Positions 40,343 through 50,099 of a stretch of 64,000 nucleotides of DNA are shown here, piece after piece. Each line of letters starts with the position of its first letter. Positions within the stretch are counted from its first letter, which is position 1. The DNA is from Candidatus Sumerlaeaceae bacterium. Its GTDB lineage: Bacteria; Sumerlaeota; Sumerlaeia; Sumerlaeales; Sumerlaeaceae. A program made the translations under genes and the position numbers. The stretch covers positions 13,215 through 77,214 of the forward strand of contig JBPCLP010000003.1 in the NCBI GenBank assembly GCA_051003195.1, written 5' to 3'. A model generated the notes under the pieces. The model did no database searches, was not told the DNA's origin, and saw only the letters and a program-made list of their open reading frames with translations.

Positions 40343-41667
40343 TCGCGCCCGAACTTCTTCCGATTCGGATCGTTACGCGTCGCAGCCCATGTCTTCTCCA
40401 GGCGCTGCGAAAACTGTTCCGGCGTCAGCAGGTCGTTGTAGAGGTCGCGAAGCGCATTCTGAACCGCCGTCCCCAGCTCCGGGTACCAGTCCGCATAATG
40501 AATACTGTAGCTGGTTTTTGCGGCTTTGATGGTGCGCTGCACTTCCTTCAGGTGCCCAGGCACGTATTCCTCACCCACATCCCGGATTGCCACGAGGGTA
40601 CCCTTTTGAACCATGAACTCCCGCGCTTTTTCCGCCGAGGTGATGTAACGCAGATACTCCACTGCTTCGTCCGGGTGTTTGCATGTGCTCGACACGCACC
40701 ATCCCTTGCCATCGTAGGAAACCGTTACCGCCGAGGGATCACCCTTTCCCTCTGCGAAAACAGGGCACAGCATGAACTCCATTTCAAATCCAGGCGGCAG
40801 CATCTTTTTCATCTCGGTGTAGAGCCAGGTGCCGTTGGGGATCATTGCTGCACGACCGACGAGCCATTCCATCTGCGACTCGATATGGGTCATGCCGATC
40901 GCGCCCTGTTGAAAGTACCCGCGGTTTTTCATCTGCAGAAACGTACGCGTGGCTTTCAGTACCGCCGGCTGCTGCCAGCAGCCGGTCGTCAGCTCGTCGA
41001 TGCGTTTCAGTGCCTGCTCACCACCTTCGCTGTGAACCCATGGCCAGATGAACCCGTCCAGCATGTACTGGGGATAACGCCCGGTAAACGTGACCGGTGC
41101 GATGTGCTCTTTGCGGATCAGCGCACTTACACTCAGCAACTCATCGTACGTGCGAGGAACCGCCCAGCCGTGTTTCCGGAAAAGCTTCTTATTATACCAC
41201 CAGCCGAAAGTGCCGAACTCGTACGGCAGCGTGTAATAGCTGCCTCGGTGGCTGCCCGTATCCAGGAAGGACTTTAAAAAAGTATCGTGCCACGGCTTCT
41301 GGCTGTTGAGTGCCGGCGCTGCCAGGTATTTATCCAGTTTCAACAACTGCCCTTCAAAAATCAGCGCCCAAACGTTGGTGCCCCATCCCGGGTAAATGAT
41401 ATCAGGCGCCATTCCCGCGGCAAAGCGCGGGGTCAGCTGGTCCCATACGCGCGGGCTTCCCCAGAGGTTTATCTTTACGTTGGGGTGAATCTTTTCAAAT
41501 TCCCGCGCACACTTTTCGTAAAAGTCGATCCCGTATCCGCCTTTAAATGCGGCGGCTTCCAGCGTGATCTGCTCGGCGCGCACTGCCATACTGCAAAGCC
41601 AGGCAAGCGCGAGAGCCAGCACGCGCGCGGCCCTGGCCGTACTGCCGAATGGAAGACGAAAAACCAT
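40339..41667 (-). CDS. Sugar ABC transporter substrate-binding protein (NgcE-like)
   Basis: FKGGYG, WYNKKLF..HGW..P.T.DEL, AAMIPNGTWL..E. Confidence 0.85.
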   Translation of the reverse strand: MVFRLPFGSTARAARVLALALAWLCSMAVRAEQITLEAAAFKGGYGIDFYEKCAREFEKIHPNVKINLWGSPRVWDQLTPRFAAGMAPDIIYPGWGTNVWALIFEGQLLKLDKYLAAPALNSQKPWHDTFLKSFLDTGSHRGSYYTLPYEFGTFGWWYNKKLFRKHGWAVPRTYDELLSVSALIRKEHIAPVTFTGRYPQYMLDGFIWPWVHSEGGEQALKRIDELTTGCWQQPAVLKATRTFLQMKNRGYFQQGAIGMTHIESQMEWLVGRAAMIPNGTWLYTEMKKMLPPGFEMEFMLCPVFAEGKGDPSAVTVSYDGKGWCVSSTCKHPDEAVEYLRYITSAEKAREFMVQKGTLVAIRDVGEEYVPGHLKEVQRTIKAAKTSYSIHYADWYPELGTAVQNALRDLYNDLLTPEQFSQRLEKTWAATRNDPNRKKFGRE

Positions 41668-41812
41668 GGAGTGCCGGTTCAAAGCAGTGCGAAATACCGA
41701 CTGCACGAAGTTTCAGCGTAGTTCGAAAAAAAGGTACTTAATAACTAGCAGGAAGGTCGTCGTTGACGGAACCGATCCACGAACTCCACGCATGCACACC
41801 ACGACAACGTAA

Positions 41813-42925
41813 TCACCACGGACGCAGTTCAGGCCCTGTATACTCTTCCGTCGGGCGAATGAGCCGATTCTCGCTGCGCTGCTCGAGCACGTGAGCGATC
41901 CACCCAGCCACCCGCGCAAATGCAAAAATCGGTGTATACAGCGGGATCGGAATCCCCATCATATAGTAGGCAGGCGCGTGGTAGAAGTCCGCATTCGGAA
42001 ACAACTTCTTCTCCCGGTGCATCACCTCATCAATGCGCTCGGCAATCTTCAGGTACGGAAGCTCCGGCCGCTCCTCGGAAAGCTTCACCGTCCATTCCTT
42101 GATAAGGTCGCTGCGCGGGTCGCGGATACGGTACACCCGGTGACCAAATCCCATGATCTTATCTTTACGCGAAAGCATTTCCATTACGCCACGCTCCGCC
42201 GCATCCGGCGAATCGTATTTCAGGATCAGCTTCATCGCTTCTTCATTGGCTCCGCCATGTAATGCGCCCTTCAATGTTCCAACCGCTGAAACGATCGCCG
42301 AATACATGTCCGACAGCGTCGAAGTGGTCACGCGCGCTGCAAAAGTCGACGCGTTAAACCCATGCTCCGTGTACAGGATGAACGACGTGTTCATAAGTTT
42401 TCGTTCCGTTGCCGTTGGCGTTTCGCCGCGCAGCGCATGTAGAAAAAAACCACCCTGGTCGGGTTCTGAATAATTAGTCTGCGGCCGCCCGCCGTGATGC
42501 ACATTAAACCAGGTGGTAATGATCGATGGACCACTGCCGATGAGGTGCGTGATCGCCTTATCGGTTCCGATCGTGTCCTCGGGGTATATGTTGCCAAGGA
42601 ACGACCAGCCGGTCCGCAGCACGTCCATCGGCGCCACATCCGCCGGTATGGCTCGCAGCGCACTCACGAGTCCATGTGGCAGTTCACGCGCAGCCTTAAT
42701 CTCCGCGCGCCACTTCGCCATCTCCTCCGTACTCGCGCGGCGATCGTAAATCAGCATATACGCGATCTCGTCCCAGGGCACGTTGTTGCGCGACAGCTCC
42801 GTAACCGAGTAGCCGCGATAGCGCAGATCGTCTCCTGTACGGCCAACCGTGCAGATGGCTGATTTCCCGGCGATCACGCCTTCCAGGCCTGGTGAGTAAA
42901 TGGGTGCGGGTGCCGCTGTGGACAT
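41813..42925 (-). CDS. prpC: 2-methylcitrate synthase / citrate synthase
   Basis: EHGFNAST, LHGGANE, MGFGHRVY, PNADF; same strand as prpD and prpB. Confidence 0.88.
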   Translation of the reverse strand: MSTAAPAPIYSPGLEGVIAGKSAICTVGRTGDDLRYRGYSVTELSRNNVPWDEIAYMLIYDRRASTEEMAKWRAEIKAARELPHGLVSALRAIPADVAPMDVLRTGWSFLGNIYPEDTIGTDKAITHLIGSGPSIITTWFNVHHGGRPQTNYSEPDQGGFFLHALRGETPTATERKLMNTSFILYTEHGFNASTFAARVTTSTLSDMYSAIVSAVGTLKGALHGGANEEAMKLILKYDSPDAAERGVMEMLSRKDKIMGFGHRVYRIRDPRSDLIKEWTVKLSEERPELPYLKIAERIDEVMHREKKLFPNADFYHAPAYYMMGIPIPLYTPIFAFARVAGWIAHVLEQRSENRLIRPTEEYTGPELRPW

Positions 42926-43168
42926 TCAAATGCCTTCCTGGCGATTGTTGTTGGGCTTCCAGCTTAAATTCGGTCTCAGGCGTTTCATCGCGCAGTCGCG
43001 AAGATACATATTGATCAAATTCTGATACGGAATACCCGTTTGCGTAGCCAGTTCCTTGAAATACTGGACCGCTTCGCGATCCAATCGAATTGTAACCGGC
43101 TGCTTCAGCAATTTGACATACGGGTTTTTACGCGCCTTCATCCTGGAGAAATCGTAGTGCTCACGCAT
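42926..43168 (-). CDS. BrnA-family antitoxin
   Basis: MREHYDFS..RKNPY..VTIRLD..YFK..GIPYQNLIN.YLR. Confidence 0.85.
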   Translation of the reverse strand: MREHYDFSRMKARKNPYVKLLKQPVTIRLDREAVQYFKELATQTGIPYQNLINMYLRDCAMKRLRPNLSWKPNNNRQEGI

Positions 43169-43170
43169 GT

Positions 43171-43257
43171 TTAAGCCTCCGCGTAATCCTGTGCTTCCCG
43201 TTGGTTTGCCTTCCGTGCAGAGATCATGCGAATCACCGAGTCGCTCTCTCGATAGCA
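43171..43257 (-). pseudogene. C-terminal remnant of a BrnT toxin
   Basis: CYRESDSVIRMISARKANQREAQDYAEA*; no N-terminus. Confidence 0.75.
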
Positions 43258-43269
43258 AGCAGTGCAAAT

Positions 43270-43596
43270 TTAAGCCGCCGTCGCGGCAAGATGATTTATG
43301 AAACCCCAGAATTCAGAGACCGCCCCCGGCTTGCGCTCGAAGAAATCCTCGAAAAATCCGACGGCATTCAGTGCTGGCGGATACGCATACTTTTCGCCAC
43401 TCTCACCGAGTTCCACTACCCATTTTTCCGGCAGACGAAAGTCGACAATCTCGAAATCAGCAACCGGGTACAGGTACGGCTGGCCTTTGTCGTTAAGGAT
43501 TCGCAAATCATCTGCTTCAATTCCAATGACGGCGTACTCTCGGCCGGCGGACAGGTCATGGTACTGTGATGAATTCTGGCCCAGCTTAACGATCAT
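43270..43596 (-). CDS. Conserved hypothetical protein (probable antitoxin/immunity-like partner)
   Basis: 108 aa with YAVIGIEADDLRILND.G.PYLY; ATGA-coupled to the upstream HWYE fragment. Confidence 0.7.
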   Translation of the reverse strand: MIVKLGQNSSQYHDLSAGREYAVIGIEADDLRILNDKGQPYLYPVADFEIVDFRLPEKWVVELGESGEKYAYPPALNAVGFFEDFFERKPGAVSEFWGFINHLAATAA

Positions 43597-43680
43597 TGCT
43601 CCACCTGCACTTGCTTAAATTCCAATTTCCCGATGCCTTCACATTCATACCAATGCACCTCTACAACCCGATTTGCAATT
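43593..43680 (-). pseudogene. C-terminal remnant of an HWYE-x-x-GIG small protein
   Basis: IANRVVEVHWYECEGIGKLEFKQVQVEQ*; no start found. Confidence 0.55.
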
Positions 43681-43794
43681 TCACAGATTGGAAAAAGAAA
43701 ATTACCCCAGCATCGGCTTCGCTGCCGTCGGCATGCAACACACTGGGGTGAGTCGCAAGAATGCAGACTGTAACTATAGTCAGTACTTGACGAA

Positions 43795-44772
43795 TCACAG
43801 TCCCTCCACCGGAACAGTGCTTGTTTCTAAATTCCGGCTACCGTCCGGCTGAAGACACATAACGTAATCAGCTGAAGGCCCAGCACTTGCATTATAGCTG
43901 CAAGTCCCAACTACTAGCTTTCCATAGAGTCCGTTGACCTTTACGTAAAAATATACTTTTTGACTAGGCTTAGTAAACGTGTCGCGGGGAAGCTCTAACG
44001 CTGAAACATAGTCTGCGCTTGGTGCAGTCGACAAATCATCTGGAAAGACATTGAGTTGTTTTGATTCGGATAACACTTTTGCTAAAACCAAACCTTCTCC
44101 GGTTTCAGTATTTAATAGGCGCAACCTGACAACCGTATCGCGCGGTATGATCTCCGAACTTGTCCCTAACTTACTAATCGCCAAAAGGGCTTTAGTTCTC
44201 GGAGAACTCTCTATCGTTAGGAGGAGTGTTTTGCTGGCAATTTCATCAAGTTGCGAGCTTGTAACCAGTTGATACTGAGCCGCGCTAGTAATGATCTCAG
44301 CCTTGCAGCTACCAGAAGTCAATCGATCTACATTAAGGCCCTGAATTCCCTCGCGATTCCAAGCACCTAAAGTCCCTCTGGAAGCATTCAGTGTTGCCAG
44401 ATCACTTTTTCTTACTAGAGTTACAATTACTCTCGTTGTTAACTCGCCATCTGAATTCGAATTTAAATTATTATCATTCCAACGAAACTTTCGGTCAGCA
44501 TAGCCGGGCTTTCTAAAGGCCACGAGGATTTCGCGAATCGACTGTTGAGATATATTAAATTCCGGCCCCAGGTTGAGCACGCGGGCTTCAGCATTACCAA
44601 GTTTTGACGTAGCCTCATAGTACCGAATAGAACAGGCAACATCGGACAGCGGAAGACCGTGGTTGTCTACGACCTGTCCCTGAATCTTAAATACATCCGG
44701 CGCGGCCTGCGCAATAGTTGCGCAATTTAATAAACTTAGAAAAAGTAATAACGCTATCGAATCTAATTTCAT
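43795..44772 (-). CDS. AT-rich secreted hypothetical protein with an N-terminal carboxypeptidase-regulatory-like domain
   Basis: Signal peptide; IQGQVVDNHGLPL...FRKPGY. Confidence 0.7.
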   Translation of the reverse strand: MKLDSIALLLFLSLLNCATIAQAAPDVFKIQGQVVDNHGLPLSDVACSIRYYEATSKLGNAEARVLNLGPEFNISQQSIREILVAFRKPGYADRKFRWNDNNLNSNSDGELTTRVIVTLVRKSDLATLNASRGTLGAWNREGIQGLNVDRLTSGSCKAEIITSAAQYQLVTSSQLDEIASKTLLLTIESSPRTKALLAISKLGTSSEIIPRDTVVRLRLLNTETGEGLVLAKVLSESKQLNVFPDDLSTAPSADYVSALELPRDTFTKPSQKVYFYVKVNGLYGKLVVGTCSYNASAGPSADYVMCLQPDGSRNLETSTVPVEGL

Positions 44773-44902
44773 TTGGTTTCACATCCAGCAGCTTCTTAAA
44801 ATCTCGAACCATTAGGAACATAGCTATTTCGCACGGCATCAAACGCTCTGTTTAGTACCCGCAAAAGTGAGCAGGCGTTCCGTCCAATTCAGCCGATGGT
44901 AT

Positions 44903-45772
44903 TCAGCCGTTGCTATCATCCAGCCGCTTCTCATAATCGTGGTAGTTGATCACGTCGTAATACTCTTCCCGGGTCATCATCTCGGGTAGAAGATCGCGTT
45001 GCGTTCCCTGCTCGCGCAACACCTTATACCCGTGCCGGCCTGCAGCAAGCGCAAGGCGAAAAACCGTCAGCGGATACAGCACGATGCGAACACCCACGCT
45101 CGACAGCTCCTCCGCAGTGAACAACGGCGTCTTACCGAACTCCGTGATATTTGCGAGGATTGGCCCACCTACTGCAGACGCCAGCTTTTCATATTGTGCC
45201 AGCTCGGTCAACGCCTCGGGAAACAACGCATCCGCGCCCGCATCCACGCATGCCCGGCAGCGCTCGATGGTCGCATCAATCCCTTCCTGCGCAAAGGCGT
45301 CCGTGCGCGCGATAATAAAGAATCCCGACTCCTCCCGCGCCCGCGCCGCCGCGCGCACACGCGCCACCATTTCATCTCGCGTCACAATCCGTTTGTTCGG
45401 ACGATGCCCGCAGCGCTTCGGAAGGTCCTGGTCCTCGATGTGGCATCCTGCCGCGCCGGTGGCAATCAACTCCCGCACGGTTCGTTCGATGTTCAGCTCA
45501 CTGCCAAAACCCGTGTCGGCATCCACAATCAGCGGCGTATCCACAACCCGGCAGATGCGCCGTGTCTCCTCCACCAGCTCGCTTAGCGTCGTCATGCCGA
45601 GATCCGGCAGACCAAAAGACGCCGTCGCCACGCCGCTCCCCGACAGGTAGAGTGCACGGAATCCCGCTTCGCGCGCCAGCATTGCCATCACTGGGTTGAT
45701 CGCACCCGGCAGCAGCAGCGGCCGCTCCGCCTGCAGCGCCTGTCGAAAACGATGCCCCGCCGAAAGCGTCAC
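44903..45772 (-). CDS. prpB: Methylisocitrate lyase
   Basis: LYLSGS, GLPDLG, DADTGFG, HIEDQ..PKRCGHRP, ILANITEFGKTP. Confidence 0.95.
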   Translation of the reverse strand: MTLSAGHRFRQALQAERPLLLPGAINPVMAMLAREAGFRALYLSGSGVATASFGLPDLGMTTLSELVEETRRICRVVDTPLIVDADTGFGSELNIERTVRELIATGAAGCHIEDQDLPKRCGHRPNKRIVTRDEMVARVRAAARAREESGFFIIARTDAFAQEGIDATIERCRACVDAGADALFPEALTELAQYEKLASAVGGPILANITEFGKTPLFTAEELSSVGVRIVLYPLTVFRLALAAGRHGYKVLREQGTQRDLLPEMMTREEYYDVINYHDYEKRLDDSNG

Positions 45773-47148
45773 TGCTCGATTCCCCCCGGTTCCTGCGCAA
45801 TCACCGGCAGCAGGTCACCCAGGTCCGTCTTCTGGTCCAGGCTCCAGCACGCGTCGATGAACTTCTGCTGCTCCGCCGCACTCAGTAATCCCTCTGCGAG
45901 CATGCGAAACTTGCCCTCGATCTGCCGGTCCGTCATCGCGTTCTTCGGATGCCCAAGCGGATACGCGCTTTCCGCCTCCAGCACGCTTCCGTCGTTCATC
46001 TTCACCGCCACGTGGTTCGCGAATTTATCGCCATACGCCGCGGTGAAATCCTTGTCCTCGACCACCTTCACGCGCTTCAGGAATTCCAGCAGCGCCGGGT
46101 CGCGATATGTCGAGCGGTAAAAACTTCGCTCATCGATGTTGCCGTCGCGCAACGCTACCGCCGTGATGTACGGCAGGCTGTGGTCCGCGGTCTCTTTGCT
46201 CGTCGGGTCCCACTTCTCCGCCTGGCTGCCAATGATCTCATAGCTCGCCTTGTGCGTGCGAATCACAATCTCAGAGATGTTGAGCCAGTCGAGTTTATGC
46301 GCGTGAATCTTTATGGCGGCTTCCACCGCCGACTGCGCGTGGTATTCGACCGGGTATGGTTTGATATACGTGTCGAGTATCTTGGTCGGCGAATCGCCGT
46401 TCTTCGGCAACTGCAGGTCGAATGGGCCGGTGAACACCGCCTCGCAGCCCTTTGCGCCTTCGAAAATCGGGTTCGGTCCAGTCATGCCATCCATCGCCGC
46501 GCGCAACGCGAACAATCCGTTTCGTGCAGCGTTCGCAAAAGCAGCAGCCTTCCAGTTCGCCATTTCGCCTTCACGCGTCTGTCGCGATGCAAAGTTGCAA
46601 ACTCCCGCAATCCCGAGCGCGTGCACCAGCACATCTTCCGTCGGCTGCAGCATGCACCCCGCGCCCGCGGTCGTCGAGAACGCTCCGTACACCACGTGGT
46701 CGATACCCTTTGCGCGCAGGCTGTTCGCGTCGCACAGCCGGCACTGAATCTCGTAAGCCACCGCTATGCCGCGCAGCAGTGCCTCACCGCCGAGACCATA
46801 CACCTGCGCAACCGCAAGCAGGGGAGCGATGTTGTCACTGGGGTGCGCCGGCTCCTTCGCCAGGTAGGTATCGTTAAAATCCAGCGTGCGGACCAGCGCC
46901 CCATTGCAGAACCCCGCATACTCCAGCAGCGACCGCACCGGCCGGCCAAACACCTGGGCTCCATTGCCACTGGCCGGCAGCGCCGATGTGCCCAGGCGCA
47001 GCAGCGCGGGTGCCACGGGCGTGCGCCATGCGCCAATCGCGCATGCGAACGAATCCAGCAGGCGCCGCTTACCCTCGTGCGCGACGTCCGGCGAGATCGT
47101 CTTTACCGATACTGCATACTCCGCAATCCGTTGAGCTTTGTGCGTCAC
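45769..47148 (-). CDS. prpD: 2-methylcitrate dehydratase (MmgE/PrpD)
   Basis: LDFNDT....HPSDN, TADHSLPY, PLGHP. Confidence 0.93.
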   Translation of the reverse strand: MTHKAQRIAEYAVSVKTISPDVAHEGKRRLLDSFACAIGAWRTPVAPALLRLGTSALPASGNGAQVFGRPVRSLLEYAGFCNGALVRTLDFNDTYLAKEPAHPSDNIAPLLAVAQVYGLGGEALLRGIAVAYEIQCRLCDANSLRAKGIDHVVYGAFSTTAGAGCMLQPTEDVLVHALGIAGVCNFASRQTREGEMANWKAAAFANAARNGLFALRAAMDGMTGPNPIFEGAKGCEAVFTGPFDLQLPKNGDSPTKILDTYIKPYPVEYHAQSAVEAAIKIHAHKLDWLNISEIVIRTHKASYEIIGSQAEKWDPTSKETADHSLPYITAVALRDGNIDERSFYRSTYRDPALLEFLKRVKVVEDKDFTAAYGDKFANHVAVKMNDGSVLEAESAYPLGHPKNAMTDRQIEGKFRMLAEGLLSAAEQQKFIDACWSLDQKTDLGDLLPVIAQEPGGIEQ

Positions 47149-47240
47149 ATCAAGTCCTTCATTTTAGTTAACCCGTCACGTTGAGTTGCCCGGCGCAGCC
47201 GATTGCAACAGGAGACATTTGTTCTTTTGAGGCCACAATT

Positions 47241-47648
47241 TCACTGACGAGGTGCGACGAGCTTCACGCTCGGGAAGTACGTGCGGTAGCGCCCTGGGTC
47301 GCGTGTCAGAACCGTATGGCCTTCAGCCTCGGCATGGGCACCGATGAAGAAGTCCGGCAGTGGCGAAGTACGCGAACCACCGGCCTTTCGATAGTCTGCA
47401 AATGCGCGCGCAGCAGGAAAGGCAGCTGCGTAAGGCAGCGTGAGGCGTTTGAAATCCATCGGTGGCAGCAAATTCAGATCGAGATCACGTTCGTCCCGGT
47501 AACAAGGCGCCAGTTCTGCATAAATTACCGGGTTGATTGCGGCCTGCCGTGCGTTTATGATGGATGCAAGTTGAGAACTGGACCAGGCAAACCATCGCGA
47601 ATCGCGTGTGGCGATATCAAGAAGCACGTTACTATCCACCAGCACCAT
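47241..47648 (-). CDS. PIN-domain VapC toxin
   Basis: VDSNVLLD, PDFFIGAHA, LTRD. Confidence 0.92.
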   Translation of the reverse strand: MVLVDSNVLLDIATRDSRWFAWSSSQLASIINARQAAINPVIYAELAPCYRDERDLDLNLLPPMDFKRLTLPYAAAFPAARAFADYRKAGGSRTSPLPDFFIGAHAEAEGHTVLTRDPGRYRTYFPSVKLVAPRQ

Positions 47649-47651
47649 GCA

Positions 47652-47891
47652 TCAATCCTCACCGCGAGTCATTGCCATGATCTCGTCAGTGGTTAACTTG
47701 GTGCGCGCAGAACCGGCGGCCTTCTGCAGCCAGGTATCGAATGCAGTGGCGGCCGGCATGCCGCGCTGGCGGGGCCTCACTACAAGTGCATCGTCCTGGG
47801 CCACGAACTCCACGTCAGTACCAGGTTGAAGCCCAAACCGTTCCCGCAGTGCCTGTGGAACTGTAATCTGACCTTTGATTGTCACTTTCAT
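47652..47891 (-). CDS. AbrB/MazE/SpoVT antitoxin
   Basis: KGQITVPQALRERFGLQPG. Confidence 0.92.
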   Translation of the reverse strand: MKVTIKGQITVPQALRERFGLQPGTDVEFVAQDDALVVRPRQRGMPAATAFDTWLQKAAGSARTKLTTDEIMAMTRGED

Positions 47892-47942
47892 AGCCAAGTA
47901 TTACCGTGCCCGGTAATACCATGTCAAACCAGGTTCATTCGT

Positions 47943-48117
47943 GGTAGAGCAGGCTTCCAGCCTGCTGCGAGAAGATGACTCAATCAGTTCTGGAAGCGCG
48001 GGCAAAGGACTGGGCCTTGCGCTCCCCAAAGCGGCGGCAAGCCGCGCGCACTCCAAAGACCAGCTCCGAGCCGCCTTAATCAAAGCTAATCAAAGCGAAT
48101 CAAAACTAATCAAACAT
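47943..48117. repeat. Cluster of REP-like palindromes and four 10-mer (C/T)(T/G)AATCAAA repeats
   Basis: GCAGGCTTCCAGCCTGC; CCAAAGCGGCGGCAAGCCGCGCGCACTCCAAA; AATCAAA x4 at ~48077-48114. Confidence 0.6.
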
Positions 48118-48268
48118 TGGCGTACCTCATTGGTATTTCGCGATTTAAATCAAACAGGCCGATGGAGGGTATTTCGCCCTTTGATTTCCGTAATGTTCGG
48201 ATCATGTGGCCGCGCGCGCTCCAAAGATCGGAGGTAAGGGCGGCGGTTGCGTTGCCAGGGGTCATCAT
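48110..48268 (-). CDS. Putative 52-aa small protein
   Basis: AGAAAGGAG RBS then MMTPGNATAALTSDLWSARGHMIRTLRKSKGEIPSIGLFDLNREIPMRYANV; below the ORF-track cutoff. Confidence 0.35.
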   Translation of the reverse strand: MMTPGNATAALTSDLWSARGHMIRTLRKSKGEIPSIGLFDLNREIPMRYANV

Positions 48269-48729
48269 AATGTCTCCTTTCTGCTTTCAAGTTCAAGTTG
48301 GTAATTTCGCCACTTGAATAGCGGTAATGTTTCTGTAAGGTTTCACTCCTGTTGGAGTTTGTCTGCTTCCGCTCGTGGTGTCTTCTGGCGGAGTTGGGCC
48401 GGGCTGTTGGCTTCGGTAATTTGCTGGAACCCGTCAACCGCAGGCGAGACGCCTGCGCCACGAGGGTCGGCAGCGAGTGCGGCGTCGATCGCTCTGGTTT
48501 TGGGGTCGGGGAATTGCGTTTGTTTTATCATTATGACGACCTGTGTAGCACAGGCTTTTCGACAATGGTATTCCCACACGACGTCTTAGAAACCCTTCGG
48601 GCATCATAAAGTGTATGGGTTTCAACTACAGTGTACGAACCGGAGACATAGGCAACAGATCGTCCACACTGATCGGGAGTTGACCCCAAATCTTCCCACC
48701 CAAAATCTTCTCCAAATCTTAAAACCGCT

Positions 48730-49818
48730 CTACCGGTACAGCTCCCAATTGCTGGCCTCGGTAGGCTGATAGACAGTAAACTCCGAGACGAAATCCCCAC
48801 CAGCCGAGCCATCCCCAGATGGGAAACTGCCGCTGTACTCGCCATCCAGGAAAGTCTGATCGGTCCCGAGCACCAGCACTGGCCTCAGTGGTTCAGCATC
48901 CGTTAACTGATCTCCACCTTCTGATACCAGGTTTGAGATGTCTTCAGATCTCAGGTAAGTCCACTCGTGCTCATGTATGCATCCCGAGTAGCAATCACCC
49001 CATCTGTAGCGCCAGGTATAACTTCGACCATTGCTGAGTGTTTCCGTCGTAATCGTTGAGCTGCCGCCCACGTAGAAGTTGGCCTCCGCCAGAGCGACCC
49101 CCTCCGCCTGCCCGTATATCGAAGCTAGCAGAGCCGAATTATACAGGTACGTAAAATTCAGTCGCAACATCTGCTGTCCTTGATATTGCCCGATAGAATT
49201 GTAAGATACCGGGCCATATTCAGTATCCAGGAGTGCCAGGCCCGTATACTGGTTCGTGTTATATTGCTGTGTCGCAGTTGTGGTCAGAATGATGAACATA
49301 CTGCTTGGAACCGTGCGCGGACGATATCCGATAGCGGTGAGTCGCGGATCGACCTGGCGCATTGCGGCGAGGTCATTGCTAATTTGCTCCGCGAGTTCAG
49401 AAGGCGGCCTCAGAGTGTCTGAAGTTTCCATCGCCATCAGGGCGGCATCATAGTCGTTCATTTCTTCCATCGAACTCTTCAACCGCAGTCGGTAGGCGCC
49501 AACAGTCGTCGTGCTGTTTGACATCGATAGCGTCATGATTTTAAGATTCGGGCTAAAGCTCGGCTGAATTGCGATTTCTTCGATAGTCTGGTTGGGACGC
49601 ACCCGGCCCAGCGAAATGGAGCTAAAATAAAGGCTGGTCGTCAGCACTGGATCAGTGAACGTTACCTGCACCTGGCCAGGCTTCGATGTCAACGCTGCAC
49701 CAGGCGCAGGGGTAACTGATTGCACCCGAACGGCGAGCCCAACCATCGGCACGCTCATGATTACGCATACTAAAGATAACGTAAGATGCCAGCCTGTTCC
49801 CTTCAACCCGCGGTGCAT
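48730..49818 (-). CDS. Secreted protein with an Ig-like (Big_5-like) domain, an inserted WGDCxSGC domain and a C-terminal W-x-L-Y tail
   Basis: VQSVTPAPGA..VTFTDPV; WGDCYSGCIHEHEW; LDGE..PSGDG.AGGDFV; ends TEASNWELYR. Confidence 0.8.
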   Translation of the reverse strand: MHRGLKGTGWHLTLSLVCVIMSVPMVGLAVRVQSVTPAPGAALTSKPGQVQVTFTDPVLTTSLYFSSISLGRVRPNQTIEEIAIQPSFSPNLKIMTLSMSNSTTTVGAYRLRLKSSMEEMNDYDAALMAMETSDTLRPPSELAEQISNDLAAMRQVDPRLTAIGYRPRTVPSSMFIILTTTATQQYNTNQYTGLALLDTEYGPVSYNSIGQYQGQQMLRLNFTYLYNSALLASIYGQAEGVALAEANFYVGGSSTITTETLSNGRSYTWRYRWGDCYSGCIHEHEWTYLRSEDISNLVSEGGDQLTDAEPLRPVLVLGTDQTFLDGEYSGSFPSGDGSAGGDFVSEFTVYQPTEASNWELYR

Positions 49819-49984
49819 TCTCGACCGTTAGCTTATATTTGAACGTATTGTCAAAGCTGAACTAGTGTGCCGTTCCAGAAGTTCATAACTATATTTCAGT
49901 AAGCTTTTGAGCTCGGACGGCACACAAAACCAGTGAACGAATTCATGGGACATCACACTAGCATTCGATTTCGTCTGGCCAACC

Positions 49985-50099
49985 GCGTGATGTGATACAG
50001 CTCACCCGTCACAACACTCTTGCAAATCGCGGCATGAGGAATTCCGCTAGCGTTCAACGCGCTCAATGCAAAAAGAAAAATTACACGTCCCTAATTTTC
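49985..50099 (-). mobile_element. RAYT-element remnant A (5' end only)
   Basis: Near-identical to the 5' parts of copies B-D (MPRFAR..., 1-bp deletion); ends CACGTCCCTAATTTTC. Confidence 0.8.
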
